Source: an uncultured delta proteobacterium (GTDB lineage: Bacteria; Desulfobacterota; Desulfobacteria; Desulfobacterales; QNYZ01). Taken from it: a stretch of 64,000 nucleotides of DNA. Below, piece by piece: positions 10,348-20,301 of this stretch (within the stretch, counting starts at the first letter, position 1; each line of letters starts with the position of its first letter). The position numbers and the translations under genes were made by a program. The stretch is from the NCBI GenBank assembly GCA_963845145.1, contig CAWJQU010000017.1:64001-128000 (forward strand), in the 5' to 3' direction. The notes below the pieces were generated by a model. The model did no database searches. It saw only the letters and a program-made list of their open reading frames with translations, and was not told the DNA's origin.

Positions 10348-10464
10348 CCTTGTGGGCGTTAGAATATCGAGGCAATGGTGATCGTTGGAATTGTGTCTAT
10401 ATAAAACACAACATTAACAATAGGTTATAAAGTATATGTGTTAATCGATACTGAATCTGATTAC

Positions 10465-10481
10465 TTGGCATTGTTATTGCT
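10465..10481 (+). promoter_or_regulatory. Sigma54 -24/-12 promoter
   Basis: TTGGCATTGTTATTGCT, GG-N10-GC, near-consensus. Confidence 0.85.
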
Positions 10482-10534
10482 CAATTACTAGTCGACAGGA
10501 AGAACACTTAGAACAATCAAGAAGGAGGTGGAAA

Positions 10535-10945
10535 ATGACGGGGTATAAATGGTTTGTTCCGGTGTTGGTACTGGCGGCAATGATGACATGGATAACCACA
10601 ACCTATGGGGAAGAAAATAACGTTGCCGATAAGAGAGCGGTTTATGCAAAAATGATTGACCGCTATGCCGCATGTTGTGAAAGCCAATCAAAACTTCGCC
10701 ATTCAAGAAGCGCGAAACTGCGTCAAAAAGCCGAGCTTTCGTGTTTAAAGGCGGCCTATGTAAGAAGCTACAAAAACAAAATTGTTACAAAAATGATCGA
10801 ACACGATATTAGCCCCCAACCCTATAAGATTAAATATTTCGTCAATTCCCTGTTCTATGATCTGATTCGACGTGAAACGACCACCGCTAGTAGGCATAGG
10901 ATCCCTTCCGGGTATATTGCCGCTGAGAAAATCGGGACCCAATAG
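10535..10945 (+). CDS. Hypothetical exported basic protein
   Basis: AAGGAGG RBS, signal-peptide-like N-terminus, CC pair plus a third Cys, K/R-rich. Confidence 0.75.
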   Translation: MTGYKWFVPVLVLAAMMTWITTTYGEENNVADKRAVYAKMIDRYAACCESQSKLRHSRSAKLRQKAELSCLKAAYVRSYKNKIVTKMIEHDISPQPYKIKYFVNSLFYDLIRRETTTASRHRIPSGYIAAEKIGTQ

Positions 10946-11066
10946 CGGCGGTATTGTACCGAAAAAATCGACGAGCGACCTCGTGGCTCATAATTGATTT
11001 TTAATACGCCATTTAGTCGATGAAGGTTCTACTGAAGATGTAATTGATCCGAGAAAGGACATACCC

Positions 11067-11432
11067 ATGCCAACCAAAGCAAAAAAGATCGCAGTAGTGG
11101 ATGATAGCAGCTTAAACCGGGACATGGTGGTGGCCGCATTAGGTAGCTTGCCATGGGCGGAAGTCGTCTCTTATGCAGACGGTGAGACAGCATGGAAGGC
11201 CCTTCGAAACGGAAACAGTGCCGATATTGTCCTGACGGATGTCAAGATGCCGCGCATGGATGGGCTCGAGTTGTTACACCGGGTCAAAGCAAAAGATCCG
11301 GACAAACCGTGTATCCTTATGTCGGCAACACCGGTATATAGAAAGGCCGCCCATGATCTGCATGCGGATGGATTTCTGGCAAAACCTTTTGCCTTGGCAG
11401 AGTTGTTTGAGGTAGTAGCGCAGTTTGCTTAA
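11067..11432 (+). CDS. Single-domain response regulator (CheY-like)
   Basis: VVDD, TDVKMPRMDG, LMSA, LAKPF. Confidence 0.92.
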   Translation: MPTKAKKIAVVDDSSLNRDMVVAALGSLPWAEVVSYADGETAWKALRNGNSADIVLTDVKMPRMDGLELLHRVKAKDPDKPCILMSATPVYRKAAHDLHADGFLAKPFALAELFEVVAQFA

Positions 11433-11485
11433 AATGGACTCAAGGTTCCCGTTTTAGAATCCCTCCTTAGAATAGAATCAGGGGC

Positions 11486-12100
11486 TTACGGATCGACAGC
11501 GGACAAGAACGCTTCTAATTCCTCACCTTTTTCAACACACGCCTCCATTTTGCGTTGCGCCTCCACAAGCGACTGCACAGCAACTATAAATTCAGCACTA
11601 AACGGATCATCTCTTCCCAGTGAGGCGATCATTTTACGAAGCATACGGTCGCCTCGGATCAGAATATCCTTGGTTTCGTCGACCATCTCTTTACGCAGGC
11701 GGTGTTTGGCCAGTTCCCGATTAATGACCGGCATTAGTCGCTTTATGGAGTATTCCACCAGAGCATCACGGGGTGCATTGTATTGCTGGGAGGTTTTATC
11801 CAGATACCGCAAGGTCCGTCGATTGAGGACATAGGTTTTTTGGACGCGAGGCGTATTTTGGAGAATATCGGGATTGAGCCGGCTGGCAATGAGATCCAGG
11901 GTTTCCATATCCTCGATCAGGTGGTCAAAGAGGGATTTCTGTTTTATCCCCAGTTGAACAGCGAGAATACTGATGGTTTCAATGGCTTTCTTGGAGAGAC
12001 GAAAGGTTGCTCGAACCGATTGCTTTCCTCTAAGATCCCGCGAAGATGGGCGGGGCAGGGAGAGGGCACCATCTAAATCAAGCGAATCTTTTTTTTTCAT
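11486..12100 (-). CDS. Hypothetical protein with two putative ribbon-helix-helix repeats
   Basis: SVRATFRLS...LGIKQKSLFDHLI and VQKTYVLN...YNAPRDALVEYSI; start overlaps the efp stop (TAATG). Confidence 0.7.
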   Translation of the reverse strand: MKKKDSLDLDGALSLPRPSSRDLRGKQSVRATFRLSKKAIETISILAVQLGIKQKSLFDHLIEDMETLDLIASRLNPDILQNTPRVQKTYVLNRRTLRYLDKTSQQYNAPRDALVEYSIKRLMPVINRELAKHRLRKEMVDETKDILIRGDRMLRKMIASLGRDDPFSAEFIVAVQSLVEAQRKMEACVEKGEELEAFLSAVDP

Positions 12101-12663
12101 TACGTTTTAACCCGTTCAACATATTCGCCGCTGCGCGTGTCGATGCGAACCGCCTCACCTTCTTCGATAAATGGGGGTACTTGTAGCTCAAATCCAGTTT
12201 CAAGTGTGGCCGGTTTGGTGTCTCCGGAAGCCGTATCGCCCTTGACCCAAGGATCGGCTTTGGCAATACGAAGATTAACAAAAAAGGGTAGGGTAACACC
12301 AATGGGTCGGCCCTCGAACAACAACACATTACAAGTTGTGTTTTCCTTTAAAAAGTTGATCGCATCGCCTACCTGCTCTTCGTTTAAAAATTCCTGTTCA
12401 TATGATTTGGTATTCATAAAACAATAGTCGGTACCGTCGGAATAGAGATATTCCATCTCTTGTTCTTCCAGGTCGGCTTTATTAAATTTATCTCCGGAAC
12501 GATAGGTCCGATCAAATTGTGAGCCGGTTATCATATTTTTTAGCTTGCACCGGTATAGAGCCTGACCCTTTCCGGGCTTGGAAAACTCAAATTGAACCAG
12601 AGCATGCGGCTCCCCATCAATCTCGATCTTCAATCCTTTCCTTAGGTCGGACGCATCATACAT
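12100..12663 (-). CDS. efp: Elongation factor P
   Basis: DLRKGLKIEIDG, KPGKGQA, KGDTASG..KPATLETG, IDTRSGEY. Confidence 0.98.
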   Translation of the reverse strand: MYDASDLRKGLKIEIDGEPHALVQFEFSKPGKGQALYRCKLKNMITGSQFDRTYRSGDKFNKADLEEQEMEYLYSDGTDYCFMNTKSYEQEFLNEEQVGDAINFLKENTTCNVLLFEGRPIGVTLPFFVNLRIAKADPWVKGDTASGDTKPATLETGFELQVPPFIEEGEAVRIDTRSGEYVERVKT

Positions 12664-12969
12664 TTACAGTTAACTCCCTTGATATTATGTTTGAAAAAGA
12701 CGATTCTTTTAAGTTGACATTTTCAAAAGTGTTTAACATAGTTACGTTGTTTTCGCAATTGCATAGTACAGGCTTAAAATGGCGTCAAAGGTCCAATTTC
12801 CGTATGGGGCCACTGAATTTTGCCCTCGAAATATTCACCATATTTCTCCAAAAGTCACTTTCTACGGGCTGCTTGGGTGACATTCAACCGCTGGCCATTT
12901 TGTCCCGTTTTTTGAAGGATATTGTGGCTTGAGCTGTTAATTTGAAACCGGTTCCAAAAGGAAGAGTAA

Positions 12970-14499
12970 ATGATTCTGATTATCGATTTCGGTTCCCAGT
13001 ACAATCAGCTGATTGCACGACGAGTCAGGGAAAACCGCGTATTTTGCCAGGTAGAGCCCCCTAACGTCACAGTGGCTGCCATTAAAAAGCTGAGCCCGGA
13101 TGGTATCATTTTATCCGGAGGTCCGGGAAGTATCTACGAAAAAAACAGCCCCCGCATCGACAAGGCTATTTTTGGCTTGGGTATCCCCATACTGGGGATA
13201 TGCTATGGCTTGCATTATATGGTAGATGCCTTGGGTGGAACCGTTAAAGGGGTAAAAAAGCGGGAGTATGGGTTTGCCGAATTAAGCATTAAGTCAAACG
13301 CACCTCTTTTCAATGATATCCACGGTCAGACGACTTGCTGGATGAGCCACGGTGATACCATCGCCAAACTGCCTCGCGGCTTCAAGATTACCGCCTCCAC
13401 CTCGAGCACGCGAGCGGCGGCCGTTGTTCACCTTAAGAAGAAATTATTCGGGGTTCAGTTTCACCCTGAAGTGGCGCATACCCCCCAGGGAAAACAGATA
13501 CTGCGGCGGTTCCTTTTCGATATTTGTGGATGCAAACGGCGTTGGACCATGAAAAATTTTGCCGAAAAGACACAAAGCGAGATTCGTGAGACTGTGGGGG
13601 ATGACCGGGTTATCCTTGGCTTGAGCGGTGGCGTTGATTCATCGGTTACCGCCATGTTGATTCATAGATCGATCGGAAAGAAGCTGACGTGTATCTTTGT
13701 GGACAATGGCCTTTTAAGACTCAATGAAGGTCGGAAATTAAAAAAAGTATTAAAACAGCATTTGGACATCAATATTCGCTTCGTAAGCGCCAAGCGCCGG
13801 TTTTTGTCTGCTTTGCGAGGTGTGACGGACCCGGAGCGCAAACGCAAGATCATCGGCCGGGTTTTTATGGAAGTGTTTGAGGCGGAAGCAAAAAAGATTC
13901 GCAATGCCGCTTTTCTGGCCCAGGGAACCTTGTATCCGGATGTTATCGAATCCCGCAGCGCTTTTGGCGGCCCGACCTCGGTGATCAAATCCCACCATAA
14001 CGTGGGCGGACTGCCTAAGAAAATGAAATTGAAGCTTGTCGAGCCCCTCCAATATCTGTTCAAGGATGAAGTTCGTAAACTGGGGAAAACGCTTGGCTTG
14101 CCTGATGAATTGATTTGGCGGCAACCCTTTCCGGGCCCGGGGTTGGCCATTCGGGTCATTGGGGAGATAACCGCACCGCGTCTGACGATCTTGAGGCAGG
14201 CTGACGATCTGTTGCTTGAGGAGATCAAAGCGGCTGGATACTATAAGAAATTGTGGCAATCATTTTCCGTTTTGCTGCCCATTAAAAGTGTGGGGGTGAT
14301 GGGTGACAAACGAACGTATGAAAATATTATTGCGATTCGGGCGGTGACCAGTACCGACGCGATGACAGCCGATTGGGCCAAACTTCCCCATAAATTTTTA
14401 GCCACCGTCTCCAATCGGATTATAAATGAGGTCAGCGGCGTCAATCGTGTGGTGTATGATATCAGTTCAAAACCCCCGAGTACCATTGAATGGGAATAA
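12970..14499 (+). CDS. guaA: GMP synthase (glutamine-hydrolysing)
   Basis: DFGSQY, GICYG, QFHPEV, LSGGVDS, IKSHHNVGGLP, KPPSTIEWE. Confidence 0.99.
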   Translation: MILIIDFGSQYNQLIARRVRENRVFCQVEPPNVTVAAIKKLSPDGIILSGGPGSIYEKNSPRIDKAIFGLGIPILGICYGLHYMVDALGGTVKGVKKREYGFAELSIKSNAPLFNDIHGQTTCWMSHGDTIAKLPRGFKITASTSSTRAAAVVHLKKKLFGVQFHPEVAHTPQGKQILRRFLFDICGCKRRWTMKNFAEKTQSEIRETVGDDRVILGLSGGVDSSVTAMLIHRSIGKKLTCIFVDNGLLRLNEGRKLKKVLKQHLDINIRFVSAKRRFLSALRGVTDPERKRKIIGRVFMEVFEAEAKKIRNAAFLAQGTLYPDVIESRSAFGGPTSVIKSHHNVGGLPKKMKLKLVEPLQYLFKDEVRKLGKTLGLPDELIWRQPFPGPGLAIRVIGEITAPRLTILRQADDLLLEEIKAAGYYKKLWQSFSVLLPIKSVGVMGDKRTYENIIAIRAVTSTDAMTADWAKLPHKFLATVSNRIINEVSGVNRVVYDISSKPPSTIEWE

Positions 14500-14504
14500 C
14501 GCAT

Positions 14505-15509
14505 ATGGCTGATGAAAAACCAGTGGATGATGGCAACCCCGGCAAATTCACATTAGGACTGGAAAAAGAGGTCGATGAGGCAGCGCCGCCCCCACCGCCG
14601 GAAGCGTATTCAAAAGATCGCCGTCGGATATCAGCCGTTTTTTATGCTCTTCTGGCGATCATCATTGTCGGGATGATTGCCGCCTATTTCGACTTATCTC
14701 GCCGTGTTAATCGATCTCAAAGTGTGGGTACCAATCAGATTGATAACCTTGAAAATCGTTTGTTGACCCTGTTTGACAAATTTACAGTACTGGAAAAGCA
14801 ACTTGATCAAAAGATCACTGCCGACCAGGAGGCCTTTAAAGAAGAGATTGTATCGCAATTGAATAAGGCCAAAGAGGCGGTGTCGACGACAAATAAAAAA
14901 CTGTCGGACAAAGCCAGTCAGTCAGAAATGAACACAGCCATTGCGGCGCTTAAAAAAGAAGTCACCCAGACCGGAACGCAGACCGATGAATCTCTAAAAA
15001 GTATTAACGATTTGAAAAAGCGGTTGGAAGAAATCAAGATACTGAATGCCGGACTCAAAAAATTAGAAACGCGTCTTACCGCTGCTCAGGATAATCTAAC
15101 CGGTGAGATTAACGAGATAACCCTGCAAATAGACCAGTCATCCAAGAACCTGATCGAATTGCGGAGCAAGGCAGACCAGCTAGCCACTGATAAAATAGAT
15201 CGGGAAGGCGCCACCCGTCTGATTAAAAAGCATTTGCAAATGGGCCAACCGGCATCCAAGCAGGTCTCTAAAACCCTTTCCGACCATCAGACCAAAATCG
15301 ATTCTTTAAATAGGCAAATCATCACGCTACAGCAAGACGCCGATATCTATATCAAAGAAATTTTAAAAATAAAAAAACAATTGAAAGCAGGCCCTCCGGC
15401 TGTTTCCGGCCAAAATTCCCAATTGTCCCCCCCACGCGGAGCCTCTATCTCTTCTGCGACACCGGCGGCCAATCCCGGGGATCTGCTTCAGCAAAGCCTC
15501 AAGGAATAG
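14505..15509 (+). CDS. Membrane-anchored coiled-coil hypothetical protein
   Basis: One TM (VFYALLAIIIVGMIAAYF) followed by long heptad repeats. Confidence 0.75.
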   Translation: MADEKPVDDGNPGKFTLGLEKEVDEAAPPPPPEAYSKDRRRISAVFYALLAIIIVGMIAAYFDLSRRVNRSQSVGTNQIDNLENRLLTLFDKFTVLEKQLDQKITADQEAFKEEIVSQLNKAKEAVSTTNKKLSDKASQSEMNTAIAALKKEVTQTGTQTDESLKSINDLKKRLEEIKILNAGLKKLETRLTAAQDNLTGEINEITLQIDQSSKNLIELRSKADQLATDKIDREGATRLIKKHLQMGQPASKQVSKTLSDHQTKIDSLNRQIITLQQDADIYIKEILKIKKQLKAGPPAVSGQNSQLSPPRGASISSATPAANPGDLLQQSLKE

Positions 15510-15524
15510 GAAAAATCGGGTATT

Positions 15525-16304
15525 ATGGACAAGGAAGATATATCCCGTCTTTTAAAAGGTGTGGCGGCTGGTAAGATAGGCGTGGAAGCCGCCGAAAAGC
15601 AACTACTCGATCTGCCCTATGAACCATTGGGCTATGCCTGCCTGGATCATCACCGCAGTTTGCGGAAAGGGTTCCCCGAAGTTATTTTTGGACAGGGCAA
15701 AACCGCCGATCAGATTCAGGGGATCATGGAGAAATTGATAGCCCGGGAAAAGGTTGTCCTGGCCACGCGGGTCGATCCGGAAAAGGCGCACCAGGTGCGA
15801 AACGCAATCCCCGATGTGCGATACCATGAAGATGCCCGTATGCTTGTCTGGCAGAGTCGTGAGCCGGTGCCGGCCGGCATCGGTGAGATCCTGGTGATTT
15901 CAGCCGGGACTTCCGATATCCCGGTGGCCAGAGAGGCCCTGCTTACCGCTCGGGCCATGGGCAGCCGGGTGGATTCAATCTTCGATGTTGGGGTCGCAGG
16001 GATTCACCGTCTGCTGGATCATTACAAACGTATTAATCGGGCAGCCGTACTGATTGTGGTGGCCGGCATGGAGGGGGCACTACCCAGCGTGGTGGCCGGG
16101 ATGACCGCCCGCCCGGTGATTGCCGTACCAACCAGTATCGGCTATGGCACCAGCCTGGGCGGGCTCACCGCCCTGTTTGCCATGTTAAACAGTTGCAGCT
16201 CTAACGTGGCCGTGGTTAATATCGACAATGGTTTCGGGGCCGGCTATATGGCGGCCATCATCAATCGTGAATTCAAACCTTCCGACGAGTTCAATCCATC
16301 TTGA
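15525..16304 (+). CDS. larB: Nickel pincer cofactor biosynthesis protein LarB (PurE-like)
   Basis: LDHHRSLRKGFPEVIFGQGK, AGTSDIPVA, VAGMEGALPSV, PTSIGYG, VVNIDNGFGA. Confidence 0.93.
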   Translation: MDKEDISRLLKGVAAGKIGVEAAEKQLLDLPYEPLGYACLDHHRSLRKGFPEVIFGQGKTADQIQGIMEKLIAREKVVLATRVDPEKAHQVRNAIPDVRYHEDARMLVWQSREPVPAGIGEILVISAGTSDIPVAREALLTARAMGSRVDSIFDVGVAGIHRLLDHYKRINRAAVLIVVAGMEGALPSVVAGMTARPVIAVPTSIGYGTSLGGLTALFAMLNSCSSNVAVVNIDNGFGAGYMAAIINREFKPSDEFNPS

Positions 16305-16370
16305 CTTACCGCTTGTTGATCTTAACATTTACCCTTATCGATTTTTTTTACCCCTAAATCTCTATGGAGA

Positions 16371-17225
16371 ATGAAAATGGCTGAGTTATTCGAAAATGTT
16401 GATGCAGCAAAACAAAAAAGCAACCCTCAGGCCGAACGGGAGGCCAATGTAAACAATACATTGAGTCAGATTAAACATAAATTTATGGTCATGAGTGGAA
16501 AAGGGGGGGTGGGTAAAACAAGCACTTCGGTCAACCTCTCCATCGCCCTGGCTAACCAGGGCTATAAAGTGGGTATTATGGATGTCGATCTGCACGGACC
16601 CGATGTGCCGCGGATGCTGGGCATGAAGGGCATACTCGATCTTAATGCCAATAAAAAACTGATACCCATGGCCTATTCACCCAATCTGGGTGCCGTGTCG
16701 GTAGAATCTCTTACGACCGGTAAAGACGACGCCATTATTTGGCGGGGACCGATCAAGTATTCAGCCATTCAACAATTTATTGCGGATGTGGAATGGGGCG
16801 ACCTTGATTTTCTTATCATTGATTCTCCTCCCGGGACAGGGGATGAGCCTTTGACCGTGGCGCAACTCATCTCCGATGCCAAGGCAATCGTGGTGACGAC
16901 ACCTCAGGAAGTTTCCCTTGCGGATGTGCGCAAATCGATCAGTTTTTGTAAAACCGTTAAAATGGAGATATTCGGAATTATTGAAAACATGAGCGGGTTG
17001 GTTTGTCCCCATTGCGATGAAATGATCGAACTGTTCGGCGCCGGTGGTGGTGAAAAGATGGCGAGTTCCATGAACATTGATTTTCTGGGACGGATTCCCA
17101 TTGATCCAAATATGGTGAAATGCGGTGATGCCGGGGTATCCTATCAGGAAAAATACGGCGATTCACCGGTTTCCCTGGCTTTTAAAACCATTGCTAAAAG
17201 AATGGGGGCCATGATCGGCGCATAA
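16371..17225 (+). CDS. mrp: Mrp/NBP35 Fe-S cluster carrier ATPase
   Basis: SGKGGVGKT, WRGP, DSPPGTGDE, ENMS...CPHC. Confidence 0.95.
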   Translation: MKMAELFENVDAAKQKSNPQAEREANVNNTLSQIKHKFMVMSGKGGVGKTSTSVNLSIALANQGYKVGIMDVDLHGPDVPRMLGMKGILDLNANKKLIPMAYSPNLGAVSVESLTTGKDDAIIWRGPIKYSAIQQFIADVEWGDLDFLIIDSPPGTGDEPLTVAQLISDAKAIVVTTPQEVSLADVRKSISFCKTVKMEIFGIIENMSGLVCPHCDEMIELFGAGGGEKMASSMNIDFLGRIPIDPNMVKCGDAGVSYQEKYGDSPVSLAFKTIAKRMGAMIGA

Positions 17226-17345
17226 TTTTATCATAAAAGGTCTTAGTCAGATATTCTCATCGTTTATTTTTTTTCTTTACATGGCGAACCGATCACAGTA
17301 TGATAGCGCTTATTTCTCTAAAGATTCGAAAGGTTTTCGGTCGCC

Positions 17346-18707
17346 ATGCCAAACGTGTTCATTCTCGAAAAGGATTCTGAGGCCCGTCGGTTTTTATCTG
17401 ATTCTCTCGCCGATTCTTATGAACTAGAATTTTTTGCTAACGGCACAACAATTAAAGACGTCATTTACAACCGTCATTATGATTTGATCATTATCGATCT
17501 GCCGTCGCAACCGGAACCGTTTAAACTGTTGCGTTGGATCAAATCGGACCTTCCCTATACCCCTGTCATTGTAACAAGCCGTTTGGAACCAACTGATATA
17601 ATAGTTAAAATAATTAAAGAGGGCGCTTCCGACTTTATTACCAAGCCGTATTCAGCGGATCGGGTCAGCCACGCCGTCAGCCATGCGATGGAGGAACGCA
17701 GCCTAAAAAACGAGATTGACTATCTTCGGCGAAACCAAGATGTGATCTATGATTTTGAAAAGGTCGTCGCTGAGAGTCTCAATATGAAACGGGTGATTAA
17801 AACACTGAAAAAGTTCGCCCAAACCGATGCCACGATTATGATGACAGGTGAGACCGGAACGGGTAAAAGTTTTCTGTCGGGGAGTATTCACTTTAACAGT
17901 AAACGTGCCAGACGGCCGTTTGTCAAAATCAACTGTGCCAACATTCCTGAAACCCTTCTTGAAAGTGAACTGTTCGGGCATGAAAAAGGGGCCTTTACCG
18001 GCGCGGACCGTCTTCGCATTGGCCGATTCGAACAGGCAGATGGCGGCACGCTGTTTTTGGATGAAATCGGCGAAATAAGTATGTCCTTACAGGCCAAACT
18101 TCTCCGAATACTGGAAGACAAAGCGTTTGAGCGAGTGGGTGGAAATCGAACCATCAATGTGGATGTGCGTGTTATTGTAGCCACCAACCGCGAACTTGAA
18201 GTGCTGATTGAAGAGGGTAAATTTCGCGAAGATCTATTCTATCGTATCAATATCCTTTCGGTTTCACTTCCCCCCTTGCGGGAGAGAAGAGAATGTATCG
18301 AACCGCTGGCGCAAGCTATGTTGGAAAAAATCTGTCGATCGCTGAAAAAAAAGGTGCAGGGGTACTCCGATACCGTTATGGATCGGATCAAATCTTATGA
18401 CTGGCCGGGAAATATCCGGCAGTTATCCAACGTTATTGAACGGGCCGCCATACTTCAGGATGGCGAGACAGTCCGTATGGATAATATCAGCATTCCCGCG
18501 ATGAAAAAGCCTATTAGTTTGGATCATATCGATCAAAGCCTTTCCCCCACGCAAGCGACGGAAAAAGAGTTGATTTTGAACTCTTTAGAAGAAAATCTAT
18601 GGATCCAGAAAGATGCTGCCGAAAGGCTGGGATTATCCCCGCGGACCCTGAACTACAAAATTAAAAAATATCAAATAACCCATCCCCGTTGGCGTAAAAA
18701 TAAGTAA
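17346..18707 (+). CDS. NtrC-family sigma54-dependent response regulator
   Basis: Receiver domain, GETGTGKS, GAFTGA, WPGNIRQL, HTH. Confidence 0.92.
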   Translation: MPNVFILEKDSEARRFLSDSLADSYELEFFANGTTIKDVIYNRHYDLIIIDLPSQPEPFKLLRWIKSDLPYTPVIVTSRLEPTDIIVKIIKEGASDFITKPYSADRVSHAVSHAMEERSLKNEIDYLRRNQDVIYDFEKVVAESLNMKRVIKTLKKFAQTDATIMMTGETGTGKSFLSGSIHFNSKRARRPFVKINCANIPETLLESELFGHEKGAFTGADRLRIGRFEQADGGTLFLDEIGEISMSLQAKLLRILEDKAFERVGGNRTINVDVRVIVATNRELEVLIEEGKFREDLFYRINILSVSLPPLRERRECIEPLAQAMLEKICRSLKKKVQGYSDTVMDRIKSYDWPGNIRQLSNVIERAAILQDGETVRMDNISIPAMKKPISLDHIDQSLSPTQATEKELILNSLEENLWIQKDAAERLGLSPRTLNYKIKKYQITHPRWRKNK

Positions 18708-18851
18708 GACCAAATTACTTAAAGGCTCTTTCTTTTATCCATTCCAAAATCAAGTTGACAATAAAAATCCATTCTTATATTCGACCCCCAATAATATTGG
18801 GCCAGGTATGAAAAGAACGGTTATGCAAGTTTTCATAGGAGGCAGATCAAG

Positions 18852-20198
18852 ATGGATATTTTAGAAACGATCAAAAGAAGAGATCCGGATCAAAAGGAGT
18901 TTCATCAAGCCGTGGAAGAAGTGGTTGCATCCGTCGAGCCGGTATTGGAGCGGTATCCGGAGTTTCGCAAAGCAGCCATTATGGAACGGATCATCGAGCC
19001 GGAAAGGATAATCATGTTTCGGGTGCCTTGGATGGACGATCAGGGACAAATTCATGTCAACCGGGGCTTTCGTATCGAAATGAACAGTGCCATCGGGCCT
19101 TACAAGGGCGGGCTACGGTTTCACCCTTCGGTCACATTGAGCATCCTCAAGTTTTTAGCTTATGAGCAGGTCTTTAAAAATGCTTTGACCACTTTGCCGA
19201 TGGGCGGTGGGAAGGGTGGGTCTGATTTTGATCCTAAAGGAAAATCCGACAACGAAGTGATGCGGTTTTGCCAGGCTTTTATGTCTGAATTATTCCGCCA
19301 CATCGGCCCGGATACCGATGTCCCGGCCGGTGATATCGGTGTTGGTGCGCGTGAGATCGGATTTTTGTTCGGTATGTACAAAAAATTGAGAAATGAATTT
19401 ACCGGTGTTTTGACCGGTAAAAGTTTAGGTTGGGGCGGAAGTTTGATTCGACCGGAAGCCACAGGTTACGGTGCGGTCTATTTTGCCGCTGAGATGCTTG
19501 CTACGCGTAACGATACTCTTGAAGGTAAAAAATGTCTGGTATCCGGCTCTGGAAACGTCGCGCAGTATGCCGTAGAAAAGATTATTGAACTGGGTGGGAA
19601 AGTTCTCACCTTGTCCGATTCTTCCGGATATATTTTTGATGAAGAAGGTATCGATGCGAAAAAATTGGCCTTCGTCCAAAAAATTAAAAACGTTCGTCGC
19701 GGAAGGATCAGAGAGTATTTAGAAACTTACCCTAAGGCTGTTTATACTGAGGCTACCCCTGACCAGGATTCCAACCCCTTGTGGGATCACTCTGCGGACT
19801 GTGCTTTCCCCAGTGCCACTCAAAATGAAATTAATGCCAAAGATGCCCAGCATCTGATGAATAACGGCGTCTCGCTGATTAGCGAAGGGGCCAACATGCC
19901 GTCCACGCCCAATGCCATAGAGATCTTTCAGGATAAAAAAATCCTTTACGCACCCGGAAAAGCAGCCAATGCGGGCGGAGTAGCGGTTTCCGGGCTGGAG
20001 ATGGCCCAGAATAGTATGCGGCTGGCCTGGACCCGGGAAGAAGTGGACAGTCGTTTGAAAACAATCATGAACAGTATTCACACGACCTGTCTGGAAGCCT
20101 CCGAGGATTTTGGTGACAAGGGCAATTATGTGATGGGTGCCAATATTGCCGGATTCGTCAAAGTCGTCAACGCCATGTTGGATCAGGGACTCGTTTAA
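18852..20198 (+). CDS. gdhA: NADP-specific glutamate dehydrogenase
   Basis: GPYKGGLRFHP, GGGKGGSDFDPKGKS, RPEATGYG, GSGNVA. Confidence 0.97.
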   Translation: MDILETIKRRDPDQKEFHQAVEEVVASVEPVLERYPEFRKAAIMERIIEPERIIMFRVPWMDDQGQIHVNRGFRIEMNSAIGPYKGGLRFHPSVTLSILKFLAYEQVFKNALTTLPMGGGKGGSDFDPKGKSDNEVMRFCQAFMSELFRHIGPDTDVPAGDIGVGAREIGFLFGMYKKLRNEFTGVLTGKSLGWGGSLIRPEATGYGAVYFAAEMLATRNDTLEGKKCLVSGSGNVAQYAVEKIIELGGKVLTLSDSSGYIFDEEGIDAKKLAFVQKIKNVRRGRIREYLETYPKAVYTEATPDQDSNPLWDHSADCAFPSATQNEINAKDAQHLMNNGVSLISEGANMPSTPNAIEIFQDKKILYAPGKAANAGGVAVSGLEMAQNSMRLAWTREEVDSRLKTIMNSIHTTCLEASEDFGDKGNYVMGANIAGFVKVVNAMLDQGLV

Positions 20199-20228
20199 AA
20201 CAGAGCCGTTTCAGAATTTTTCAAACCT

Positions 20229-20268
20229 AAAAGCCAGGACGGATTTTCATATTCGTTCCTGGCTTTTT
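20229..20268. terminator. Bidirectional intrinsic terminator
   Basis: AAAAGCCAGGA...TCCTGGCTTTTT between convergent genes. Confidence 0.8.
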
Positions 20269-20301
20269 ATTGGAACCTATCTTTTTGTCCTAGCTTTTAC
20301 G

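Noticed and set aside
12840..12890. Purine riboswitch before guaA
   Set aside because: Only TTTCTAC matches; the CCGTAAA loop and flanking consensus are missing.
14505..15509. Functional link between the PPPPP tract and nearby efp
   Set aside because: Polyproline linkers are common in membrane-anchored proteins; proximity alone is not evidence.
15525..16304. Lactate racemase (lar) operon
   Set aside because: Only larB is present; no larA/C/E in the window.
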